DNA from: Somniosus microcephalus
Taxonomy: Eukaryota
Direction: 5' to 3'
Assembly: GCA_052327205.1 (NCBI GenBank)
Contig: CM126222.1
Coordinates: forward strand, 47,492,001-47,556,000
Length of the DNA: 64,000 nt
Position numbers and translations under genes: made by a program. Under the pieces are notes generated by a model that was given only the letters and a program-made list of their open reading frames with translations, did not search any database and was not told the origin of the DNA. This document shows, in pieces, positions 38,033-49,429 of this stretch. Positions within the stretch are counted from its first letter, which is position 1, and each line of letters opens with the position of its first letter.

Positions 38033-38886
38033 ATGGATCAACTCTTGAAACCCGAACGTTTGGATTTGGACCAGCATGCTTCGGACACATCGGCACGCTT
38101 CGGACACTGGTTTATGTGTATGGAATTCTTCCTGGACAATTCCGCAGCCGTCAAAGACGCTACAGACGCTGCGAGTATGAAACTCGGAATTCTGCGGAAT
38201 TGGGTAAGCCACCGGGTTTACCCCCTCATCCAAGACGCCGACACGTACCCGGCCGCCTGCGACATCTTAAAGGCACATTACCAGCAGCCTACGAATGAGG
38301 TGTATGCTAGGTACCTACTCGCGCACAACGACCTGGGGAATCGGTGGAGGAGTTCCTAGGCACCCTGAAAACGCTTGGCAAAGACTGCAAGTGCCAAGAT
38401 GTAAAAGCCGCAGTGTACAATGACGAGCTTGTTCGCGATGCCTTTATCACAAGCCTCAGCTCCACTTACATCCGGCAGAGACTGCTGGAAAAAACGGGAT
38501 TGGACCTGAAACAGGCTGCGGACACAGCACGATCCCTGGATGTGGCCCAGAGAAACTCGGACGCCTACTCTTCAGTCCACGTTGCCACGTGTGCACCAAG
38601 GGCGCCGCCATCTTGGAAGGCATCTTCCCAGCCCGACACTGTCGGGGGGCCCCCCCCCCCCACCACCGGAAGCCCTACGAGAGCCGTGACGCGTCGGGGA
38701 CCCAACTGCTACTTCTGTGGGCAGCCGAAGCACACCAGAAACCTGTGCCCGGCGAAAGGCACCACCTGCTTTAAGTGCGGTAAGAAGGGGCACTTCGGGA
38801 AAGTGTGCAGAGGGAACCCTGCCGGAAAACCCGCCACCGCCGCGTGTGCGCTGTGGAGCGGCCATCTTGGACGCCATCTTGCCTGA
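38033..38886 (+). pseudogene. gag, disrupted, with two zinc knuckles
   Basis: MDQLLKPERLDLD..., frameshift near 38330, LVRDAFITSLSSTYIRQRLLE, CYFCGQPKHTRNLCPAKGTTCFKCGKKGHFGKVC. Confidence 0.9.
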
Positions 38887-38949
38887 CCTCGTGGGGTCTG
38901 CCATCTTGTGAGCAGACAGCGTGGACGCCATCTTGCCTCGATCAGGGCC

Positions 38950-41691
38950 CAAGTGGCATCGGTCACAGTGGACCAGACCAGGCCGCACCCGCTATCCAAA
39001 TCAATGGTAGACATCAAGGTAACGGGTGCAGGGTTAAATGTTTAATTGACAGTGGAAGCAGTTTTATCCACCCTGAACTGGTACAACAACTCTCCCTAAA
39101 GGTGGTCCCTACTCGGGGTACCATCTCCATGGCTGATAAAACCCAGACATTGACCATTATGGGTTACTGCACGGTACAATTGTCCGTTAACGGAACTGTA
39201 TACGATAATTTTAAAGTATTAATCATGAAGAATCTATGTGCGAGCGTGATCTTGGGCCTGGATTTCCAGTGCTACCACCAAAGCATCACGCTCAATTACA
39301 GTGGGTCCCAGCCGCCCCTCAGTGTGCGGTCTGGCTACCCTGAAGATAAAGCCGCCTTCGCTATTCGCGAACCTTACCCCTAACTGCCGGCCAATAGTGA
39401 CCAAAAGCAGGAGGTACAGCTGGGAGGACAGGCGGTTTATCGCGACCGAGGTAGACAGGCTCCTGAGCGCATTATTGAACGCAGCAATAGCCCGTGGCGT
39501 GCCCAAGTGGTGGTGGTAAGGGGTAGCGAAGAAACGGATGGTGATCGACTATAGCCAAACGATCAACAGGTATGCCTACCCGCTACCCCGCATATCTGAA
39601 ATGGTGAACCAAATCGCCCAATACTGGGTGTTCTCCACCATCGACCAAGTCCGCGTACCACCGGCTCCCTAGAGGACCGCCCGTACACCGCCTTCGAGGC
39701 GAACGGATGCCTCTACCAATTCCTCAGTCCCCTTTGGGGTGACGAATGGGGTCTCTGTCTTCCAGAGGGAGATGGACCACATGGTCGATGACCACCACTT
39801 GCAGGCAACCTTCCCCTACCTCGACAGCGTCACCATCTGCGGTCACAACCAGCAGGATCACGACTCGAACCTCGAGGTTCCTAAAAACCGCACAAAAACT
39901 CAACCTCACCTACAACGAGGACAAGTGCGTTTACAACACCACGCGCCTCTGCATACTAGGCAGCGTGGTGGAGAATGGGGAAATCGGACCAGACCCCCAC
40001 CAATTGCGCCCCCTACGGGAGCTGCCCCTGCCCAACACTCCCAAAGCCCTGAAAAGGTGCCTGGGGTTATTTTCTTATTATTCCCAATGGGTCCCCAACT
40101 ACTCTGACAAAGCCCGCCCCCTCTTGAAAGCATCTTTTCTGCTCTCTGCTGAGGCCCATGCCGCCTTCAAAAGCATTAAGCAGGATATTGAGTGGGCCAC
40201 GCTACAGGCAGTGGACGAGAACACTCCCTTTCAAGTGGAAAGTGATGCGTCTGACTTTGCCTTGGCGGCCACTCAACCAGGCGGGGCGGCCCGTAGCTTT
40301 CTTCTCGAGGACCCTCCAAGGGCCCGAGATCAGACACTCCTCCGTGGAAAAGGAGGCCCAAGCCATCGTGGAGGCAGTGCGCCACTGGCGCCACTACCTA
40401 GCCGGCAAACGCTTCACCCTACTTACCGACCAGTGGTCGGTAGCGTTTATGTTCAATAATAAACAGAGGGGGAAGATTAAAAATAAGATTCTTAGGTGGC
40501 GGATCGAGCTCTCCACCTTCGAGTATGACATTTACCGGCCAGGGGCCCTTAACAAATCCCCCGACGCCCTCACGAGGGATGTGTGCCAGCGCCACCGGGG
40601 ATCGGCTACAGACCCTCCACAATGACCTCTGCCACCCAGGGGTCACGTGGCTGTTCCACTTCATAAAGTCCCGCAACGTACCCTACTCGATTGAGGAAGT
40701 TCGGTCTCTGACCAGGAACTGCCACACTTGCGCTGAGTGCAAGCCTCGGTTCTACCGCCCAGATAGAGCCCACTTAATCAAAGCTACACGGCCCTTTGAG
40801 CGGCTCAGCTTAGATTTCAAGGGCCCCCATCCCGTCCGACTGCAATGTTTACTTCCTGAACATTGTGGACGAATACTCCCGGTTCCCATTCGCCTTCCCC
40901 TGCCCAGACATGACCAGCGCCATGGTCATTAAATGCCTCAACAGCCTGTTCGGTATGCCGAGCTACATCCATACGGATAGGGGGGCGTCCTTCATGAGTG
41001 AAGAGCTACGCCAGTACATGCTGTCCAGGGGGATCGCCACGAGCCGTACCACCAGCTACAACCCCTGGGGTAACGGTCAAGTGGAGCGAGAGAACGGGAC
41101 AGTATGGAAAGCAGTCACTAGCTGTAAGGACCAAAGGCCTCCCTATCTCCCGCTGGCAGGAAGTCCTCCCAGATGTGCTCCATTCGATACGGTCGCTATT
41201 GTGTACTACCACTAATGCCACGCCTCATGAGCGAATGTTTGTCTTTCCCCGGAAATCCACCTCGGGCGTATCCATGCCGTCATGGCTCTCCACCCCAGGT
41301 CCGGTATTCGTGCGAAGGCATGAGGGGCCACAAGACGGACCCTCTCGTGGAGTCAGTGCACCTACTCCACGCCAACCCCCAATACGCGCATGTCCGGCAC
41401 GCCGACGGAAGGGAGGACACCGTGTCCATAAAAGACATCGCCCCAGCCGGTAACGGCGACAACCACAACAGCAACGACCACGGCAACTCTTACCCACCCA
41501 CTACTCTTTCATCACCCCCGGAAGAACACTGACCAATGGTACCCCCACCAACTACCCCTTCAACAACCCTGGCGGCACCCCCGGCAGAGACCCAGGAGGC
41601 CACCGGGGACACCCAGCCGACACCAGTGGCACCACAACAGCCACGTCGGTCGCAGAGGACTATCAAACCCCTGAACAGACTAAATCTATAG
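38950..41691 (+). pseudogene. pol (protease, RT, RNase H, integrase), multiply frameshifted
   Basis: PR CLIDSGS and ILGLDF; RT PFGVTNG..FQR and YLDSV; RH ESDASDFAL, EKEAQAIVEAV, TDQ; IN H-x4-H..CHTC, LDFKGP, DEYSRFPFA, HTDRG, NGQVERENG. Confidence 0.92.
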
Positions 41692-41701
41692 AAGGGGTGA
41701 A
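41690..41701 (+). other. polypurine tract
   Basis: agaaggggtgaa immediately 5' of the 3' LTR. Confidence 0.8.
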
Positions 41702-41969
41702 TGTGATGAAATATTCCATTCATCACTCATCAGTATTTCTCTGCCTGTGACTGTGGTTGGTTTCAGTTTCATTTCCATTGTACTGTGTGTAGGGCTCCGC
41801 CCATACCTGGCTCCATACCTGGCTCCTATGTAAGCTGGCCCAGCCTGCAGCACATCCAGTACGGCAGACCTCTGGATGGAAGATACATTCTCCTCTGTTA
41901 CCTTCTAAGTCAATAAAAGCCTTGTTTTGTTTCGCTAACATCGAGTCTCGGATTTTTTGAGGCACATCA
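41702..41969 (+). repeat. 3' LTR (268 bp)
   Basis: tgtgatgaaatattcc...gaggcacatca, AATAAA at 41912-41917. Differs from the 5' LTR by small indels and a few substitutions. Confidence 0.93.
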
Positions 41970-44900
41970 CCCAGGCTATAACTGACCAGTATATTTGGAG
42001 TATCTAAAATTGGAGTGTTCCATTCCTCAGCATTGACTACTCTTGCCTCAACCAGTACAGTAGTTAGCCACCGAGTATTGCTGGGAATATGGTTTTATTT
42101 GGAGGGGTCAAAAAATCTGGATATTTTGTGGAGCTGTCTGATCCTATTGGGCAGTTTTGTGAGAATTCTTGGTAATATACTCCCTATTGAGGCAGAGACC
42201 CCCTTTAGGAATCACTAATAGTTAACCACGGGAGTGTGATGAAGCTTGGGAGTGCCACTACTTTCTTTCCACCCTCATCTAGTTTTGTTCCCCCCCCCCC
42301 CCCCCACCCAACTAACTACCAAGAATGTGATTTTTATTACTCAAGGTCAATTGGACCAGGGAATGGGGGTTGGGGTGAAATTCTGTTACTGTGCGCGTGT
42401 GGCAACTGCTGAGCCACCTCTTTACCATGAGGAAACAGTGAGATGGTAGGTGCCAGTGTTGCTATTGACAGCCTGCTTTGTTTATGCAACATACTGCTAT
42501 TTATTTATTAAATGGACTAACTTAACTTGTGAACACATGAATTGTACCATTTACTTCATGTTGCAATTTAGAGTCTAGCTTTGGATCTCCATGCTAACAA
42601 GCAATGCAAAAGATCAATCGAGTTGGGTAATCCAAAGCAAATAAGGAGATGCAGTAATAGAGCAATATAAATGTTGAAAAAGAAATGAGTGGGCTACCTT
42701 TGTTGGTATTTGTGGATATTCACATGCTAATTTGTGAAGTTCAGTAATGGCTAAAACTATCGTGATTGAACAAGGATATTATGACTTTAAATGGGACAAA
42801 TTAAATAGGGAATGTTTGCTGTTTGTAATTGTGTAATTAGAAATGTTATCAGGAGTTTATTAACAGTGGCAGAATTTATTTCATTTCCAATTGTTGACTA
42901 GATCCATTGTGTGGGGATTGAAGACTATTGTACAGTTATAACTTGATATTGAGAATCATCCATGTTTGAACTAATGTAAAAATTAATGGTTGTGAAAATT
43001 AGCCTTTCTTAAATTGCTTTACATGCAACCTGAAAAATGTAATCTTTAGGGATGATGTGTACAGCACTAACAGATTAGGCAATGCATAGGAATGAATCTA
43101 ATGTCTGACTTGAGTCATGTGCTTTCATAGTCTTTGGCTATGATTGATTATAACTGGGTTACTAGGCATGTTTCTAGGTCCAGGCATTTTTCCTTCCTGG
43201 AGGTTTTCCATAAATTTACTTGAATTCATTAAGGTTTTGGAATGCCATCTGAAAGGATAATGCTTCACATGATTTGTTGCATGGCCTTTTTTATCCCTCT
43301 GGTTTGCTCAAATTGCTTCTGTGGTGTCTCAAATTTTGGTTGGCTGTTGGCCCCAACATATTTGAATTGTTTGCATTTCAAATGATTTTGGGACAAGCCA
43401 AACTGAGTAATGCTTTTAATCATTGCAGTTAATAAGTGGAATATATACTCATTGGATTTTAAGCTTCAAAGTTGGAGCGGATGTGGGCTGCAGAATTCTG
43501 AATCTGGAGGTTATGAAACGAGTGAGGAAAGTATTGGACAGGTCAATCCCTCGGTGATGGTGTGGGAGAGAATAGGGATGTATGTGGGCAGTGTTCCAGA
43601 AATGGAAGATTGCAATCCTAGTGACAAACTGGATATGTGGTGATGAGCTCAGTAGCTGGTCAAATAGCATGCTGAATCTTGGCACTGTTGAATTTAGCTT
43701 TGGGGCAATCTAGGCCAAAGGTGTTAGTAAGACTTTTTAATTAATGACTCCTCCATGACTTGACTGTTCAGTTAAAGAACAGCAGCATTGGAGGTGGAAT
43801 TGGGTGTGACTGGCAGATTTGTGGAAGCCTACCCCTGGAATGAGGTGGCAGCTCATCACCACTAGTATATCGCTATAATAATATGGATTTTTTTTTTTGT
43901 TCAGCTTTAAAATAAACATACCCAATAATTTGGATAAGTTTAAGTTGGTTAATATTACCTTTTTAATAAATTTGAAGAAAAACCACAACCTGTTTTATAA
44001 AGGTACCAAGCCAAATAAATTTGGACGTGAGCACTTGGCAGAAAAACTCAACTCTTCAAAAACACATTCATTGAAGTAACTGCAACAGAGGATGAACAAG
44101 ATTTGAATTCTAACCCTAGTAACTGACGAGAGGATTTTTTAAATGTATAACCAGTCTGGTGAGATGCTTCTGGTCTTCCCAGCATTGTTAAACAATCTGA
44201 TGCATGCGATCTACCATGCCAGAGATCAATTGAATCCGCTATCTTGATCCAAAATTTCAAACTTCTGGTAATTCTGCAGGATAGATAATCGTGAACCCTT
44301 TCTCCTGGAAATGCTAGGCTGATTGGGTAATTGGGTCTCTGGTAGATCTGTACAATTGGCCACACTGAAATATCAGGATGAGGTGTTTCTGAATCATGCT
44401 GTCTAGAATGTGATCAACCAAGCGGCAGTAAGTTCAGCATACAGTGGTAACCTGAAGCAGCTTTATTAATGCAGCTGAAAATGGTTTTTGTGTCCAGTCA
44501 ACTACCTGGGTGTAATCTGATTTTAAATAACTAACTTTAAAAAAAAACTGTGCAATAACAGTAGTTTTAGTAAATTAAATATTTTAATAATTAAAAGGTT
44601 GGTGTCCTTGCCCAATAAAATCAGCATAATTAAGATCCTCAAAGGTCTCCATGTGGGTGCCATTAGCAGAAACTCACCATGGTGAATAATTTTGATCTGG
44701 GGTGTGGCCAGTTTTGTGGGTGGGACTGGCTTACAGCGCAATGTTTTTAAAACTAGTGCAAAAATCTCACACGCTTGCAATTTCTCTTGCACTAGTTTGG
44801 CTTTTTAATTTTGGGCAAATTGTTAAAACCAGCACAAAATGGCAGAAGCTCTAACCACTGGTCTTTTTTGAGCCAATTAACCTCCGTACTTCTAGGTTTA

Positions 44901-46729
44901 TAGAGTAAGTTTAAGGAGTTAAACAATAGATTGAAATGCAAGACTTCTGTGGTGGTGGTCTCCCAATTGCTTCCAAAACCATGCACTGGAAAGATATTAA
45001 GGAGATGAAGATGCAAGTCAATGTGTGGCTGCAGTGCTAGTGCACAAGGGAAAAATTGGCTTTCTTGATGCATTTAGAAAGTTCTGAAACAAGACTACTG
45101 AAGGGACAGCATGTATCGCCACCAAAACCGCACCAATATCATAGAGAAGTGTAGTGGGGTGGGGAAAAGTCTAGAGCAGGGTTAATGGAGCTTTTAGAAT
45201 AGAGATGAAAAAATATTGCCAGAGAAGAAAAGGAAGAGGCTGTTGAAGTAGAAAAGGCAAGGGGCAATAAATTCCAAAAAAGCAAACTAGGAAAGAATAA
45301 AAGTCAATGCAGAAAATTGGAGTCTGGATTGAGTGATACAGGAATGTGCAAATCATTCAAAATAAAATTGCAGAATTTGGAGCATTAATAACAATGGAGG
45401 AATGATTGTTGCAGTACTAGAAATATGGGTTATTTTTGGACATGACTAAGAACTTGATATTCCTAGTTTGACATTTTAACAATATGGTGACAAAGGGATT
45501 CAATATGGATGGAGGAAGGGAAATGATATAATTCTTTGTGTGCAATAGCATATCCCAAGATTGACCATGTTACCTTCCAGTTTAAGTGGAGGATGCTTTT
45601 TGAAATGTATCTCATGCTAATCAACTAAGTTTTTCTAAAGCCAACTTGTATTTGATAAATTTTAATCTTTAGATAATGGAAATGCCACAAATGTAGTGCA
45701 TATAGATTTTCAAAAGTGTCGGTCTAAGGAAATGTAACTAAATTGTCAGGAAACACAAGGTTCTAATTAATAGGTGCTTCTGAGTACAGAATGTTTGGAA
45801 TTGGTGTCCACAAGATCTGTGCTTGGTCCATATTTGTTCATTGAGTCTGTCTTGGATATTCTCTTGCAGTGGTCCTACCTGTGAGTGGTCAGATGGTCTT
45901 GCATTCAGAAGTGTACCTACACAGTCTAATACAGTAGCATAATCCAGACCAATGAGATCACCTTGTGATTGGAACTGGATATCCTGTCTTTCACAAATGT
46001 GACTGTGCCCTTCTCTTTCTGAAGGTGGATGCCAACATTTTAGTGCAATGAGGCCAGATACAAATCTCTAAGCTGCTTTATTTGATAGCAAGCAAATGAA
46101 CAGACAGAATAAAATGTAACCAAATCTCTCCTTGTTTGAACCAACCACAGAACCTTTCTTGAATAATAAAATATGCCACTGTCCCTGTTAGGCTTGCATA
46201 ACTGAGTCAGCCTTTGATTCTGACACAATCTAGGCTGAAAGATGGGTGAGCATCCCATTGCCAGGCATTGCTTCCTCCCCAGACCTAGTTGGCTGGTTGT
46301 CCTTTATCTGTGTACCTAGCCAGTGGGAGGGCTGCCTTTTCTTTGCTTTCAGTCAGTCTATCTGATGCATCTCCTGCTCTCTTCTCTCCTGTCTCTCTTC
46401 CCCACGACCCCCCTTCCCAGCTAGCTCCAGTACAGATTGAAAGAAAAGATTTAGGCTATTTTACACATTAAGGGTGTCCTGACTTAACTGGCTTGGGTTG
46501 AGACTATATAAGAACTTTCATTTATATCGCACCTTTCACAACCTCAGGACATCCCAAGTGCTTATTTATTCTCCTTGTATCTGTTTGAAATACCCAATGA
46601 GAAGTGACATTTCACAAACTGGTTTGTCTAATTTTAATACATATTTTCAATACCTATGGCATGTTAATGTGAATTGTCTATTTTTAAAACTCAGCACTTC
46701 AAGGAAAGGCTTATTGATACATTGAAGAC

Positions 46730-46960
46730 TCTGACGAGCACAATATCCAACTTTGCTGCTGATGAAGACCTGCACAATACTTTAGGAGGATATAGCTGGG
46801 TTAGTGGAACAGCAGATGTGTGACCTATGCAATTTAATGTGGGGAAAAGTGAGATGCATTTTAGGAGGAGAAACAATAAATAGGAATGTGTACACTGGTG
46901 GTGGTGGGGGGGGAGAATCTGAAAGGTGTGAATGAACAGTGGGATCTAGGAGTTGGATTT
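46730..46960 (+). mobile_element. old CR1 RT fragment
   Basis: atatccaactttgctgctgatgaagac (ISKFADDT-like) and atgcaatttaatgtggggaaaagtgagatgcatttt (MQFNV.KC..MHF-like). A related remnant tatagattttcaaaag (Y.DFQKA-like) lies near 45700. Confidence 0.55.
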
Positions 46961-48758
46961 GTCATATACGCTATGCAGAGCTGTAATGGCATCGGAGGAA
47001 TGATTCTTTTGAGTCATGTGGCCCATATTTGTTCCAATACCCTTATGTTGAGTTTAATTTGATGCCCATCATTTCCTGCTTTAACTTTTTTGCTTTCACC
47101 TTGAGTAACCAGCACATCCCATAGGCTCTTAAACAAGCTTTGTTCACCATGCCCAGAAAAAATACAGATCTGACTCCCAGTTGCTTTGAGACCTTTTGTT
47201 TTGCCAGCTGAGACATTAAAAAAAAAAGAGAAATTGACATCTGCAACAGGATGACCATCTGACTCCCTAGAAGAAATCAAAGGCAACTTTAAGGGTGAGA
47301 TCTCCTCCAAAGTTATAATCCCAGCTACCTGCACCTACTTGAGCTTCTGCCTGTGGTTCTAAAGTGTAGGTCACTTGGGAACACTTGAATAGTTTGAGGT
47401 TTGCACACACTGGTGTGGACATTTTATTTAAAAAAAAAAAAAAAATAAGCACAGGAAGCTTAATCCTCCCACCCTCCAGAACAGTTCATGCAAGAAATGC
47501 ACACCTCAGCATGGGGGGTAAAGCCACTGAATATAGAATCCAGCTGCAAGGTTTCAGTTAACTTGAGGTGCAGTCCCCTTTTTCTCCTTTGTCTCCAGCC
47601 TCAAAATACTAATTGAGGTAGTGGGGATTTATGTAATAAGAAATTTACAAAAATGCACCCCAGATATGGCTCTAAGTTCTTTTATTGTATTTAATTTTTA
47701 TCTTAGTCTCCATGCAACAAGTTAGAGATAATTAGATCTCTCTTGAACCTCCATTAAGAGGGCATTCTTTGATTTGGGACCAATTAATACAGGAGCCTAA
47801 AATCTCATTACGCCCAGCATGGAATATTACATTGCATATATGGGGGTGGGGAAAACTGCTTTGTACAGCAATGAGAATTTGATTTTTTTTTTTTTGGCAC
47901 AGTAACCAATCTGGCTTTTATAAAAAAAAACCGTTACTATGCCAGCCCAACTCAGTCGAAGTCGAAGCCCTATGTCCCTCCTACTTTTGTAAGAAGTTTG
48001 CCTGCAGTCCTTGTCTGATTTGTTTCCTTATAAGTTGAAGTGTTTCTAAGGTGAATCATTCATTTCTTCATAAATGAATGACTTGCTCTAATATGAAGCA
48101 TTCTTAACATATTAGGAATAGAGCTGCATTCCCAATCACATCACTAAACTAAATGTTCAATTTTATAACATATTTTAGCATGTGGATGGACTCGCCATTT
48201 TTTATGGCACAATTAGAAAAGATATGCAAAACTCAAATGATTTTCACTAACTTGCTGAACTAATGCTTTTTCTATCTATAGCCACCCTGTCTCCAGGCCA
48301 CCTGTTTACACTTACTCTGTTCCTGCACTCTGCTGTTTTTTTCTGTAACCTTAATCCTTTTTTGACATCTCTCCCCATGCTATTGCAAATATCTTGCCAT
48401 CACTAAAGTAGATAATTTTCAAATGTCTTTTCTCTGTTATAGCTGAGATTGTTGTAAGTGTCATTTACTTGTAAGTAAAAAATGGTGAAGGTTGTACTCG
48501 TAGATAGCTTCTCCTTTTTAATGCTAGCACAAAGATTAATCGAAAAGATTGTATAAAAGCAGAACATTAATGTCAGAGGAAAAATAGCTTGTGTTAAATG
48601 ATAAGATTGAGGGTTTTATAAATGCACATTTACTAATATGGGTAAGTTTGTGTTTGGCTTCAATTGGAGATTTTTTTAATTTAGTGGCTAACTGATGGGA
48701 AAGTATATGGCAATAAAATATTCAAACTGTTTGCATTGCAAAGTTCGGAGTAGGCAGT

Positions 48759-49429
48759 AAAATAACAAACGCTGGGAAAAACCCAGCAGGGCAGCATCTG
48801 TGGCAAGAAACTGAGTTAACGTTTCCGGTTGAAGACCCTTTGCCAGAATGGGGGGGGAAAAAAAAAAAGCAGGGAATGAAATGGATGAAAAAGCAAGTCT
48901 GGGGGCTGGGAAATGGGGAGGGGATGAAAGAACAAAAGGGAAGGTCTGTGAGGTGAAGAGACATTGAGATATTCAAGGTGAGACGAGATGGTAATAGGAC
49001 AAGTTAAACAAAGGATGGCTCTAGATGAAGTGTGAAATGTGCTGGCAGAATGAAAGACGGCTGCCATGTTTTTTCTTCTCCCACATGGTGGCTGTTTTTC
49101 ATTCTGCCAGCGCATTTCACACTTCATCTAGAGCCATCCTTTGTTTCTTAACCTGTCCTATTACCATCTTGTCTCACCTTGAATATCTCAATGTCTCTTC
49201 ACCTCTCTCAGACCTTCCCTTTTTGTTCTTTCATCCCCCTCCCCCATTTCCCAGCCCCCAGACTTGCTTTTTCATCCATTTCATTTCCTGTGTTTTTTCT
49301 CAGTTCTGATGAAGGGTCTTCGACCTGAAACGTTAACTTTTTTTTTTCTCTCCACAGATGCTGCCCTGACCTGTGGTTTTTCCAGCATTTTCTATTTTGG
49401 ATTTCCAGCATTTGCAGTATTTTGCTACC
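48759..49429. mobile_element. Penelope-like non-coding fold-back insertion
   Basis: Arms about 48760-49069 and 49083-49400 are inverted copies. Sequence is homologous to the 3' non-coding part of 19964-20739. Perfect 11-bp direct repeat gagtaggcagt at 48748-48758 and 49430-49440. Confidence 0.9.
49302..49338 (+). ncRNA. putative minimal type-I hammerhead ribozyme
   Basis: agtt-CTGATGA-a-gggtc-ttc-gacct-GAAA-cgtt-aact: both core boxes intact, stem II, stem I agtt/aact, palindromic aacgtt in place of stem III. Confidence 0.65.

Larger units (their letters stand above)
37751..41969 (+). mobile_element. full-length Gypsy LTR retrotransposon (Mag/SURL-like), frameshifted
   Basis: Two similar LTRs with TG...CA ends. 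5-bp flanks cccaa / cccag (TSD with one mismatch). Domain order gag-PR-RT-RH-IN. Polypurine tract before the 3' LTR. Confidence 0.95.

Noticed and set aside
44075-44127. TEDEQDLNS peptide resembling the start of MXRA7 exon 2
   Set aside because: No polypyrimidine acceptor, in-frame stop within a few codons, no convincing donor; likely chance.
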